Part shown: positions 45,662 through 58,199 of the stretch, in pieces
Position numbering within the stretch: the stretch's first letter is position 1
Layout: every line of letters begins with the position of its first letter
Assembly: GCF_964213995.1 (NCBI RefSeq)
Contig: NC_135809.1
Span: 109,244,001 to 109,308,000, forward strand
DNA: 64,000 nucleotides
DNA from: Mustelus asterias
Taxonomy: Eukaryota
Direction: 5' to 3'
Position numbers and translations under genes: made by a program
The notes under the pieces: generated by a model
Database searches by the model: none
The model's input: only the letters and a program-made list of their open reading frames with translations
Told to the model about the DNA's origin: nothing

Positions 45662-47008
45662 ATGGCAGGTAAAGAAACTAAGTGGGGACCTGCAGGTTCC
45701 CTTATTGATAAATATATGAGAGACAGACACTCGTTGATTAAGAAGATGCAAAGGGATGGCTGGGATATTTCTCAGACCTTAGAACAACAGAGAAAGTGGG
45801 CAGATGGGGAAAAGAGAGACAAAACAAAAAAGGCAGGGGTATTATTAGTACATCAATTAGCTGGACTCATTGAACAAGTAGTCGCCTCCACTAAAAAGTG
45901 AAATGAAGATAAGGATAAAATTTAAAAATTAGAATCCAGAGTAAGGGAAGTGGAGAAAAGGAATCGAGTATTAGAGGAGAAACAATGGGGAGGGGAAACT
46001 GTTCCTCTGTCCCCTTATGAGTCCACACAACAGGGACCAACCGCCCCTCCAGAGGAAGGGGAAGCGCTAGAACAGAACTTGGCGCCAGTAACCTGAGGGG
46101 GAACGGATGCGCAGCCAACAGCAAATTACAAACCATTCACCCCAGGCGAAAGACAACAGATAATGGCCTCCCTGGGTAACCTACAACCTAGAAACGCAAA
46201 TATGAAATTTTGGGAAGAATTAGATACAGCTTGGGTAGGACACCAACTGCACTTAAGGGATATACATCAAATAGTTAGGGCCGCATGTCCAGCAGATAAA
46301 TGGAGGCAGGTAGCCGGAGGGCCCGCCATTCCCCCAGCACAAGACTACAGTGGGGGATGTTGGACACACGCAGTAGCCCTAATAGCAGAAATAGATTCCC
46401 AACAGGCACTCTTCACCCTGTTTAAAACAGAAGTCCAGAGAGTTTTAGGAAATGCCCCTACCAATTGGAGTAAAATCGCAACGACCAAGCAACAAGAGGG
46501 GGAAGGGGCCTCTGAATATGGGGAACGGTTGTTCCAAATATACCAGGAATGCTCAGGGCAAGGAAACCCAGGCCGTGGGGATCGAGCCTTCATCCAGGCT
46601 TTCAAGGATGGGCTCTCCAGTGCTCACCAAACCATCTTAAAAATGGGAGTGATCATGTCCCAGGATTATGATGAACTGATGGAATGGGCTAGCGGTGTAC
46701 TTGGAGGCAGGGAGGAGAAATCTCAGACGAAGATAAAACAGGAAAGAGTAGCCACCTACGGTAGTGGGAGCGGAACTAAGCCCAAACTGACCTGTCACAA
46801 TTGTGGCTGCCAAGGGCACTTTGCAAAGGAGGGCCGGGTCCCAAGGAAAGGAAATAAATTTGGAAACAGTGGGAGTCATTGTAATTATTGTAATAAAAAT
46901 GGACACATGGAAGCAATATGGTCGGACAAACATGGGAGACCCCCGCCCCGATCCATGTCCACAGCAGAATTGGAGGAACTAAGGAACCTCTGAGATCAGC
47001 AAGAATGA
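45662..47008 (+). pseudogene. gag: ERV gag (disrupted)
   Basis: ATG at 45662; capsid-like ORF 46163-46993; two degenerate CCHC knuckles CHNCGCQGHFAKEG and CNYCNKNGHMEAIW. Confidence 0.82.
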
Positions 47009-48239
47009 CGCCCTGCAGCCCCCATTCATAAGGGTAAGAAGGAGGGAAGGATCTATGTGTCTGCACTAGTAGGGGGCAGGCAATGTGAGATGCTGGTGGA
47101 CACAGGAGCATCCATATCTGTCACCGACCTTCCCTTACCCACTACAAGTAGGATGATTTATCTAACAGGGATAGGAGGGAACAAAACACCCGCCTACCTG
47201 AGCGAGACCACGTTAGTCGAAATAAATAATTTGTATATACCTATGAGATTCTATGTATGTAAAAATAATGAGGGTACAATAATGGGAAATGATTTAATGA
47301 AGAAGTAAGATGTTGATTGACTGTGGGGAGAATTAATCTGGCCAAAACGGGACGGCCGGAAAACCGGAGTAGGAAAACTCACGAGTCACCTCGAGACTAA
47401 AGGTGACCACAGCCACCACCAGAGATTGGTGACTAGAAACAAAGGGGTTTGGAGCCATCTGTGCCTCCATCCCTGGAGTATGGGCCGAAATGAAATTAGA
47501 CACTGGCCTAACCAAAACTGACCCGATTAAAGGTGCCTAGACCGGAGCATAAGCCACACTGACAGTACCCGATAAAACCGGAAGCAAAGGCAGCTGTAGT
47601 AGAAATAGTTAAAGGGTTAGTGGAGAAAGGAATCCCGAGGGAAACTACGAGTACCACTAACTCCCCAACCTGGCCAGTGAGCAAACCCGACGGAAGTTAC
47701 AGACTCACCATAGACTACACTGCCCTCAATAAAGTCACGTCCAAATTGCACCTCATTGTAGCAAGCCCCTCGACAATCCTGAATGGATTGTCACCGGAGC
47801 ATAAAATCTTTACCGTATTAGATATAGCCAACGGATTCTGGTCCCTACCCTTGGATCCCGAATCCCAAGACAAATTCGTATTTACAGTGGGAGATAAACA
47901 GTACACTTGGCCTCGCCTACCGCAGGGATTCCACAATAGCCCCGCCATCTTCCATCGAGTAATGAATGACATCCTGAAAAGGGTAGAACTACCAGAGGAT
48001 AGCACGATTCTACAATACGTGGATGATATATTAATAGCCTCAGAATCTAAGTCAGGACATCAGGGAGCACTATACCTAGTGTTAAATGAACTGAAAACCG
48101 CAGGGTTAAAGGTGAGCCCCAAAAAGGCACAAATCGGGAAAGCACAAGTCCTGTACCTGGGACACTTAATATCACAAGGGCTTAAAGAAATGCCAACAGA
48201 CCGAAAGAAGGCGGTACAACAAATGTCACCGTAAGAGGA

Positions 48240-48303
48240 TTGTGTGGCTTTTGCTACCAAATAAACCTGTTGGACTTTAACCTGGTGTTGTTAAACTTCT
48301 TAC
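48240..48303 (+). mobile_element. 64-bp Penelope-like micro-insertion disrupting ERV pol
   Basis: Same sequence as 45425-45488; TSD (AC)CGTAAGAGGA. Confidence 0.85.
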
Positions 48304-48950
48304 CGTAAGAGGAGTCAGGGAGGTGCTGGGACTGTTTAATTATAGCCGAAGTTTTATCCCGGAATTCGCAAAATTGGCAGAGCCTATACCGAGACTAGTT
48401 AAAGGGGGAAAGCCAGCTTTAAACTCCATAGAATGGGGACCTGAGCAAGAAGAGGCCTATAATAAGTTAAAGGCAGAACTGAGATCAGCCCCCGGACTGG
48501 GACTACCAGATTCCAATAAAAGATTTCCACATACACTGGTGGAAATGCTAAATACAGGAAAGTTAAGGTCCGTCTCGAACATGAGAAGGGCTAAATGGGA
48601 AGCCGTCCTCCTACCTCCCAGCAAATTAGTTATAATAGTAAGAGACACAGGAGATAGCCCAGCAGAAGGAATTTTGGGTACAGGAGAACCACGTAACTGT
48701 GGAGACGTAGATATGTATATAGAAGGTAGAGTAAAGGATGTACCTTTAGCAACAGCTGAAGAGATCCTTTTTGTAGATGGCTCATGTAAATACATGGAAG
48801 GATCACCCCAGACAGGGTGGGCAGTAGTAAATGACAGATTGGAAACGGTAAAGTCAGAAAGAATTGACGGAGGTCTATCTGCGCAGGTGGCGGAACTAGT
48901 GGCACTCACAAAGGCACTAGAATTGTCCGAAGGAAAGACGGTAAATATAT

Positions 48951-49285
48951 ATAGAATCCTACAGTGCAGAAAGAGGCCATTCGGCCCATCGAGACTGCAC
49001 CAACCACAATCCCACCTAGGCCCAATCCACATATCCCTACATATTTACCCACTAACCCCTCTAACCTATGCATTCCGGGACACTAAGGGGCAATTTAGAA
49101 TGGTCAATCAACCTAGCCCGCACATCTTTGGACTGTGGGAGGAAACCGGAGCACCCGGAGGAAACCCACACAGACACAGGGAGAATGTGCACACTCCACA
49201 CAGACAGCGACCCAAGCCGGGATTCAAACCCAGGTCCCTGGAGCTGTGAAGCAGCAGTGCTAACCACTGTGCTACCGTGCCGCCC
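48951..49285 (-). mobile_element. HE1-like SINE inserted in ERV RNase H
   Basis: Splits the motif VNIY|TDGRYAFG. Confidence 0.88.
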
Positions 49286-50887
49286 ACATACCGATGGTAG
49301 GTATGCATTCGGGGTAATACACGATTATATGATGGCATGGGGTAGAAGGGGGTTTGTAACCACGGGAGGAACTCCTATTAAACACCAACAAAGAATCGAG
49401 GCATTACTAAAGGCCAGTGAGAAACCCCGAGAAGCGGCAGTAATAAAAATCAAAGCACATCAGAAGGAACCAGAAAGGGATAACCCCAATTGGCTAAAAT
49501 ACAAAGGGAACCAAGCCGCAGATAGAGCAGCGCAACTAGCGTTAGAACAGGAGGCAGTTGGCAAGCTACCAATAGCAGTAACGGGCCAGACAGGAGACTA
49601 AATAGATACTCGGGACTTACACGAGGATACCTCAAAAGAGGAAAAGGGTAAGTGGGAAGCACAAGGAACGAGCAGAGGGACTGATAACGTTTGGAGATGA
49701 AATGACAAGGTAATGGCACCGGAGTGCATACAAAACACCCTCTTGGAACTACACCACGGACTCTCACATGCGGGAAGAGAGGCCATGGCAACTAGTATAG
49801 GAAAAGAATGGTGGTGGAAAGGAATGGGGAGGGACATAGCCCGACATTTTCACCGATGCGTGACATGCGCACAATACAATCCTGGTCGACCCATAAAAAT
49901 TAAGATGGGACACCAGCCCTGACCAAAGGGGCCCTGGGAACATCTGCAAATAGATTTCACAGGGCCACTACCACAATCCCACAGCAAAACCTATTGTTTA
50001 GTTGTCATAGACCAGTTTACCAGGTGGATGGTAATGTTCCCTACCAGGAATTGTACTGCTACCACAGTGGCTAGAATATTGGCGGAGGAGGTAATCCCTA
50101 GATGGGGAATACCCATACAAATTGATTCGGATCAAGGGACGCACCTCACCGGTAAGGTGGTAAAACAGTATGCCAATTGACGGGGATAAAACAAAAATTC
50201 CACATCCCTTACCACCGCAGAGTTCTGGAATGGTGGAACGCGTAAACAGAACCCTTAAGAATGCCCTGGCCAAGGCCATAAAAACGTGGACAGAAGTATT
50301 ACCTACTATATTAATGAGGTTAAGAGCCACCACAAACCAGACAACCGGATTAACCCCTTATGAACTAATGACAGGAAGGGCGATGCAATTACCAGCAAGC
50401 ATCATAACAGGTGGGACCGATGTAGGCCCACTAAAAGACAAAATTAAACGATATGTTTTGGAACTAAGCGCCCAACTAAAAGGGATACATAAATTAGTAA
50501 GGGATAATCAGGAAGAAAGAGACGCACAGAGAGAGCTTGAAATGCTCCCTGACGTCCCAACAGCAGGAAGTCGAGTCTTGGTAAAAACATTACCTGAAAA
50601 ACCGGGGTTTGCACCAAAATGGAATGGGCCATATGAGGTCATAATTAGTGGAGATACCTGTGCCTGTCTGGACATAAGGGGGAAAGGTGTATGGAAACAT
50701 TGGACCCAGCTGAAATTATACAAAGAAACGAATGAGTGATATTAACAAGTAAGCCATAAAGTGACCAGAGTGCCTTCCTAAAACAGGTGAGGACAAGCAA
50801 GATTAACTGACGCGTTCGGGTTGGCAATACAGCCTTTGGGAAGTTGTTAATATAGAGTAATAAGATTAATATTTGCCTGCTGCGAAC

Positions 50888-52366
50888 ATGTCTAAGATCG
50901 CGTATATAATTGCATCACTATATGTTGTCACGATTGTAAGATTGACAGGGCTAGAAGATAACTTATTCTACAAGGCTCATGTACATTTACACGGTAATTG
51001 AACCGTGTGTTACCCGCTAGCCCAATCTGTAGAGGCCCTATTTGTGGCCACCCCTGGGTGGACCCCTCATGACTTATATACGGCAGATACCTCGGATGCA
51101 CCCTGTAAAGGACAAACAGGCAAATATAAAAGGGGTATACATGGAAGATGTGTGGAACTAATAAACTCCACAGATCCTGTGTGCAGGGGGTTCCAGGGAG
51201 TGGGAGGAAGAGTATGCTCAGATGATGCAAGCTACCCGCTTTGCTTCTCGGGGCAGGGATGGGGGTGTGCATATGCCTTGGTCCCCAAGAATGTTTCCTG
51301 TGTACAGACGCAGTGTGCCTGTCTGCACTGTCGGGTAAACAGAGGCCAGTTTACTTGTACCTGTAATGAGCAAAGATGCCTGAACGTGACCGCGGGAAGG
51401 CAACTCATTTGTGGTCAGTGTAATGGGACTCCTGTCAGCTCAGCCGCATGGACATACCCGTTTGATACTTACCAATTGGTAGGATCGGGCAGAAAGTCAA
51501 GTGAACCGAGCAATTGGCGGTATATACAGTTCGTACAGACCAATAACCAGGATATTAAATGTTACCGAGCCAAGAAGGGATTTGTGTTTCTCCCCAACGG
51601 CACCTTCACGACGGCAACACCAACCCTTCCGGTCCTCTTTGCAGTAGGAACAGCAGGACCCCTCACTGTCCCATGCTCTCAAAAAGGGCATACCCGGAGA
51701 AAGATAGTGACCCGGGCCATCAGCAAGGAATTCTGTGCCGATTGGGAGGTCCCGGTCGCACTGGGATCGTCACTCGGCTACGGGTTCATTGGGGCCCTGT
51801 CTCTGGGGGGAGCAGCAGGAGTAATTAGTGCCAAAAATAGAAACCATCTTATCTGTGGATTAACCATTCTGGGAAACAGCACATCAAAGGCACTGGAGGC
51901 CGTCAACCAAGAACTGGCTGAATTAAGATTATACGCGCAGCAGATCCGCTATGCCGTAGATTATCAGTTAGCCCAACAGGGGGGAGTATGCACAATAATA
52001 GGAGACAAATGTATAACGCATGTTACGGATGAATCTTACAACATCACCCAAGCCATTAATGATATAAGAAAGCAGCTTGATGACTTTAGACAAGGCCCCA
52101 AGAAGGGGAATAGCTGGCTCGAATGGTTATTGGGGGGATCCTGGGGGTCTTATTTCATGCATGGACTAATTATTCTCATTGTAATAATAATTGTCTGTTG
52201 CCTGATTGTCGGATGTCTTAATGTCTGCTGTAAAGTAATGATGACTCGGATTGTGCCAGGGGCTAGTGTGGCCACCGAAGAAGAACACCTGATGGGAACA
52301 CCCGAAGACACCGAGGAAGATGACGACAATGAAGGAAAGGGCGAGAAGGTGGAAGTCTACCTGTGA
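50888..52366 (+). pseudogene. env: ERV env, gamma-type, open except for one in-frame TGA at 50999-51001
   Basis: Signal peptide MSKIAYIIASLYVVTIV in frame with ORF 51005-52366; fusion peptide GFIGALSLGGAAG, heptad repeat, ISD-like QIRYAVDYQLAQQGGVC-X6-C, TM LIILIVIIIV. Confidence 0.88.
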
Positions 52367-52476
52367 ACGCGTGATCTGTTGGTTACGGGTCAGGCAGATC
52401 AATTGCCGGAACCCACGATGCTGCTATTGTTGGTCCATCGGATTATTAGAGCATAATCCTGACCAAAAGGGGGAAT

Positions 52477-52765
52477 TGTTGGAGTAAATTCAAAATTAAA
52501 AGATACAAGATGGTTACCTGGCACAAAATGGATTCTGTGAAAAGGCACTAAGATGTGCTGACTTAGGCACAGACATTGCACAACGAGTTAAATCCTGTTA
52601 GTGTCTAATTACTACAGGAAATAAATCAGACCTTGAGGCCCAGATGATCACCTTAGCTTGAGATAAAGCAAAACCAAAACAATGAGTTTTGGTAATGAGA
52701 TCAGTCGTTGATGGGGGGGGCATAAATGTATAACGATGTGATAACTGCTAATGTCCGTACATGTC
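52477..52765 (+). repeat. ERV 3' LTR, 3'-truncated; preceded by PPT AAAAGGGGGAA (52465-52475)
   Basis: Matches 44605-~44893 with roughly 20 differences by eye, then similarity stops abruptly. Confidence 0.88.
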
Positions 52766-52874
52766 TTTGAGAAATGTATTTGAAAAAGGGAAGGGGAAAT
52801 AGAGTGTTTTGTGTTTTTCAATATTTCAAAACAATATTCATCAAAATATGTTTTTTCTCCAAGGAAGGGAAGAC

Positions 52875-53085
52875 TGTTCGGAATGGGTTAACAGACCTTC
52901 CAATTAAGTCCTAATTTGATGTTAATTATTCAGTAGAGATCACTGATATATAAAGGGGCCACAGGTGGAACTGTTGGTTGGTGGAGAATTGTGTGTGGAG
53001 TTGGATCAAAGAAATAAAGGTATTTTTTTATGAAGAAGCGGAACTCGTGTCTCCTTTACTGAACAGCAACCGAGGGGCTCAAACA
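52875..53085 (+). repeat. Probable 3' LTR of the copia-type host element
   Basis: PPT AAGGAAGGGAAG just upstream, TGTT...AACA termini, internal TATATAAA and AATAAA. Confidence 0.55.
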
Positions 53086-53509
53086 GTGCAGACGGAAGTG
53101 AGTGGAATGTGGCAACCCTCCACATGGCCAGTGGTCAACAAATATTTCATGGGCCCCTGGGCCACAGGTTCCCCACTACTGTTTTAATGCTGTATATTCT
53201 ATCTATGTATGGAAATGCATATTACTATTTAGTTCATTTTTTAACCTGATGCAGGGTTTCTTGGTTCAGTTTCTTTTGTAGCCTTAAAATTGCACTTGTA
53301 AGATTGATCATGAGGGTTTTAATTGAGATGGTGCTATTGTAATAAATTTTAAACAATTGGGATTTTTATTAAGTGCAATTGTGAGATTTAACTATCAAGA
53401 ATTTCCCTGTACATTACTGTTTTATTTTTATAACGATGATATTTGCGTCTCTTTTAGTATCAACACAGTTTTGTATTTGATCACCAAATGAAGTTATTCT
53501 ATTGTAAGA

Positions 53510-54320
53510 AAGTAAGAACTAGGAGCAGGAGGAGGCCATTTGGCCCTTCGGGCCTGCTCCGCCCTTCAATAAGATCATGGCTGATCTTTTCGTGGACTTA
53601 GCTCCATTTACCCACCCGCTCACCATAACCTTTAATTCCTTTACTGTTCAAAAATCTATCTTTGCCTTAAAAACATTCAACGAGGTAGCCTCAAATGCTT
53701 CACTGGGTAAGGAATCCTACAGAGTTACAATGCTTTGGGTGAAGAAGTTCCTCCTCAACTCAATCCTAAATCTGCTCCCCCTTATTTTCACCTGCCAGTG
53801 GAAACAATTTATATGTTTCTAGAAGATCCCCCCCCCACCTTTATTCTTCTAAATTCCAATGAGTATAGTCCCAGTCTACTCAGTCTCTCCTCATAAGCTA
53901 ACGCTCTCAACTCCGGAATCAACCATTGTGTATCTCTTCTGCACCCCCTCCAGTGCCAGTATATCCTTTCTCAAGTAAGAAGACTAAAACTGTACACAGT
54001 ACTCCAGGTGTGGCGTCATCAGCACCTTATACAGCTGCAACATAACGCATTGTTTTTAAACTCCATCCCTCGAGCAATGAAGGACAAAATTCCATTGATC
54101 CCTGAGGCACGACACTAGTCACTGATCGCAAAGCAGAAAAACACCCATTTATACCCACTCTTTGCTTTTTGTTAGTTAGCCAATACTCTATCCATACTAA
54201 TACATTACCCGTAAGACCGTGCACCTTTATCTTATGCAACAGCCTTTTGTGTAGCACCTTGTCAAATGCCTTCTGGAAATCCAGATACACCACATCCACT
54301 GGTTTCCCGTTGTCCACCGC
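53510..54320 (-). mobile_element. CR1 LINE fragment
   Basis: VDVVYLDFQKAFDKV...VPQGS in ORF 54027-54317, plus a CR1-type 3' end. Confidence 0.75.
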
Positions 54321-54840
54321 AACTGATTACATTATATGTGCTTTTTCATACGTTTTCACACTGCCTGCTTCATACTTGCCTAAATCAGCCTACTGACTTT
54401 AAATAATACAACTGGCAGCTAAATGCTTCTTATCATAACTAAACAACAGTTGCTGCCTGCATACTCTTTTGCCCAAATTTGGGATCCTAGTGTTACATCA
54501 GCCAGTTGAGCTGTGCAACATAAGAAGTTCCCCCACGGCATCCCCTACACTCCCAGCTCTGGGACCCCAGTACCTAGCTGCATTGCGGTCAGGGTACTTG
54601 GGCTCAGGTGCAGTGCTGCAGTACCTCTCCTGGCCACTACAGCACTGTGCTTGGAGGAGCTGGAGAGGTTTTAGCCAATCTGATTGGCCAACAGATCTTC
54701 AAGGCGGGACTTCCTTCTAAGGGTGGATGCAAGTCATGATTGCTGTCAATCAATGCCCTATTGGCACGAATGTTGTAAATGTTATCTGAAGCCTGAATGT
54801 TAATCAGTCTTTGCTGTATATTCAGACAAACTGCTTTCAG

Positions 54841-55144
54841 AGACCTGGGTTCGATTCCCGGCTTGGGTCACTGTCTGTGTGGAGTTTGCACATTCTCCTC
54901 GTGTCTGCGTGGTTTTCCTCCAGGTGCTCCGGTTTCCTCCCACAGTCCAAAGATGTGCGGGTTAGGTTGATTGGCCATGCTAAAAAAAATTGCCCCTTAG
55001 TGTCCTGGGATGCGTAGATTAGAGGGATTAGTGGGTAAAATATGTAGGGATATGGGGGTAGGGCCTGGGTGGGATTGTGGTCGGTGCAGACTCGATGGGC
55101 CGAATGGCCTCTTTCTGTACTGTAGGGTTTCTATGATTCTATGA
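54841..55144 (+). mobile_element. HE1-like SINE, 5'-truncated, CR1-type tail
   Basis: Core plus TTCTATGATTCTATG tail. Confidence 0.85.
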
Positions 55145-57917
55145 GTATCTGAGGAAATGTGAATGGTGCTCAGCACTGTGCAATCAGCAGCAAATGTCCA
55201 CATTTCTGAACTAATGATGGCGGGACCACTTGAAGGTGGTTGGGCATAGGACACTATCCTGGAGAACTCTTGGATCAATGCCCTGGGTTTGCCTCCTACA
55301 ACTCAAAATCTTCCTTTGTGCTAGGTACTACTCCAATCAGTGGGGAGTTTAGCCTTGATTCCCATTAAACTCCCCCAGGGCTCCTTAATGCCACACTCAA
55401 TCAAATGCTGCCTTGATGTCATGGGCAGTCATTCTCACCTCACCTTTTGAGCTTGGCTACTTTGTCCGTGTTTGTACCAAGGCTGTAAAGAGGCCAGGAG
55501 CTTTGTGGACCTGGTGGAACCCAAAATGAGCATTATTGAGCAGGTTATTTCTCTTTCCGATTTTAGTGCCCTCAGAATGTCCAGATTACAGACCACTATA
55601 AATACTGACATTATTCAGCATGTCCATCATTTCCAGTTGGTGTTAATTATAAGCAGCACTTTTTGGTCAGATGGCCAAACACTGCTCCATCAGTATACAC
55701 TCAATTATCAATAAAGTTCGAAAAGGTGTAATTGGCAATGCTATCAAGTAGCACTGATTTGGCAATAACCAGTTCATGGATATAGCAAGAGCTATGGGTC
55801 TGGCAACATCCTGGGTTTAGTACAGAAGATTTGTTGTCCAGAACCAGCCGTGCTTGAAGCCAAGCTGTTCCAGTGGAGCTACAACAATGGCATCTATTAG
55901 CCAATGTGGAAAATTGTCTGGTATCTCCTGTCCACAAAAAGCAGGACAAATCCAACCCAGCCAATTGCCTTCAGCCTAGTCTCAGGCATGGTCAAAATAA
56001 TAGAAGGTGCCATTGACAGTGCAAAATAGTGGCACCTGTTTGGCAATAGCCTGTTCATCAATTATGGATTCCACTCAAGATGTATTTGGCTCCAGAACCC
56101 ATTACAGCCGTGACCCAAACAGGGACAGGAGAGTTAAGTTCCAGAGCTGAGGTGAGAGTGATCAATTGTGACATCAAGACAGTATCTGACAGAGCATGAC
56201 ATCAAGGCACCCTAGCAAAATTGAAGTAAATTGAATCAGGGGAAAGTTATCAGAGACATACCTCATACAAAAGAAGGTGAGGTTGTTGTTGGAAGCCAAC
56301 CATTTTGGTCTCAGGTCTTGCTGAAGGAGTTCCTCAGGGAAGGGTCTTAGGTTCAAACATCTTCAGCTGCTTCATCCATGACTTTCCCTATATCATAAGG
56401 TCTCAGGAAGTTTGCTGATGATTGCAATGTTCAGTACCATTCAATAATCTGTAGATATGGCAGCAGTATCTCATTGGACCAATGAGCGGCACAGGCTTGG
56501 AGGGCCGAAGGGCCTGTTTCCTGTGCTGTACTGTTCTTTGTTCTTTGTTCAGTCTGTGCCCATATGTAACAAGATCTGGACAACTTTCAAGCTTGGGCTG
56601 ATAAGTGGCAGGTAACATCTCCAAGTGTCAGGCAATGACCACTTCCCACAAGAGGGAATCCAACCATCTTCATTTGCCTGGTTGAATGCAGCTCCAACAC
56701 ACAAGAAGCTTGACATCATCAGACTACTTAATTGATATCTCCACCACAACATTTCCTCCCTGCACCACCAATGCACAGTGACTGCAGTGTGTAATATCTA
56801 AAAGATAGACTGCAGCATCTCACCAAGCTTCCTTTGACAGCTTCTTCCAAACCTGCACCCTCAAACACCAAGACGTTCGAGGGCAGCAGATGCATGGGAA
56901 CACCACTACCTGCAAGTTCCCCTTCAAGCCACACAGCATCCTGACTTGAAACTATATTGCTGGTCCTTCACTGACAATAGGTCAAAATGCCAGAAATCCC
57001 TGCTCTTTGGATAAAAGCAAAATACTGTGGATTATGGAGCTCTGATGAAGAGTCATCCAGACTTGACTCTATTGGCTCTATTCTCTCTTCACAGATGCTG
57101 TCGAACCTGCTGAGATTTTTTAGCATTTTCTGTTTTTGGTCCCTCCTCAGTAGTGCTGTTGATGTACCTACACCACGTGGGCTGCCACAGTTCAAGAAGA
57201 TGGCTCAGCACCACCTTTTCAAGAGTAATTGGAAGACCAATGCTCATCTTGCCAGCAATGTTTAGATCCTGAGGATGGATAAAAACCAAAGAACTCAGTG
57301 GGTAAGGTGGAATTCATTTGGGTTGGACAGCCATAAAAGGATTCACCAGAAGAGCAAATAGGTGGATCAGCAAGCACTTTGGACAGGTAAGTGAACAGGT
57401 GAACCAAGAAACACCGGGGCAGTGAGGCATGCTGAGAAACACTTAGTTTGGTGAATGTGTGACAAAAATGTGAGGCACATAGCTGGGTTTGTGAGCTAGG
57501 AAGCATGCTGGCAAAGCAGGTGAACATGCTGGTGGGCAAATAGCAGAAATGGAATACACTGCGACTAGGACAGTGGAGAAGTATTCTGGACAAGTGAATG
57601 AGTAGGCAAATTAGAAACATTCAGGTTGGCAAATGAATAGTCTTGCAAAGAAAAAACTTTTCAGGTGAGGGACTTTCACAGTTTAGTCTTCCTGCTTCAA
57701 CATGAGTAGAATCATTTCCAACTTTTTTTGCCTCATTCGTGATATTGTCATCATGTTAATAGCATTTGACTTTCCAATTGTATTTGATGACAGCTTGTGG
57801 TCACATCTTTAAATATCAGTTACTTTGGGACAACTAATTTCAGCTGACAAAACTGTGGATGAAAAATGACTTTATGGGAATGATTCAAAGTTCATTGGGT
57901 ATGATGCCAGGAAGGGC

Positions 57918-58199
57918 ATAGAATCCCTACAATGCATAAGGAGGCCATTTGACCCATCAAGCCAGCTGGGACAACAATCCCACCCAGGTCCTATCCCTGT
58001 AACCCCACATATTTATCCTGCTAATCTCCCTGACCACTAAGGATCAATTTAGCATAGCCAATCAATCTAACCTGCACATCTTTGGAGTGTGGGAAGAAAG
58101 CGGAGTACCCGGAGGAAACCTGCACAGTGATCCAAGCTGGGAATAGAACCCAGGTCTCTTGCACTGTGAGGCAGTAGTGCTACCCACTGTGCCACATGC
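57918..58199 (-). mobile_element. HE1-like SINE (diverged)
   Basis: Similar to the other copies. Confidence 0.75.

Larger units (their letters stand above)
47009..50739 (+). pseudogene. pol: ERV pro-pol (protease, RT, RNase H, integrase), frameshifted and interrupted by a SINE and a Penelope fragment
   Basis: LVDTGAS; NSPTWPV.KPDGSYRLTIDY; LDIANGFW; RLPQGFHNSP; QYVDD; LFVDGS/AQVAEL; HHGLSH..CVTC; SSGMVERVN. Confidence 0.92.
44605..52765 (+). mobile_element. Endogenous retrovirus, LTR-gag-pro-pol-env-LTR, degraded; snakehead-retrovirus/class III-like RT with gamma-type Env
   Basis: Paired LTRs, PBS, PPT; Gag zinc knuckles, LVDTGA protease, YVDD RT, RNase H, HHCC/DDE integrase and Env in the expected order. 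Confidence 0.93.

Noticed and set aside
45662-46993. Capture of ERV gag as a cytoplasmic tail, by analogy with the Gag-like tail of human B7-H6
   Set aside because: Gene A has its own stop at 41130, gag is disrupted, and no splice evidence is visible
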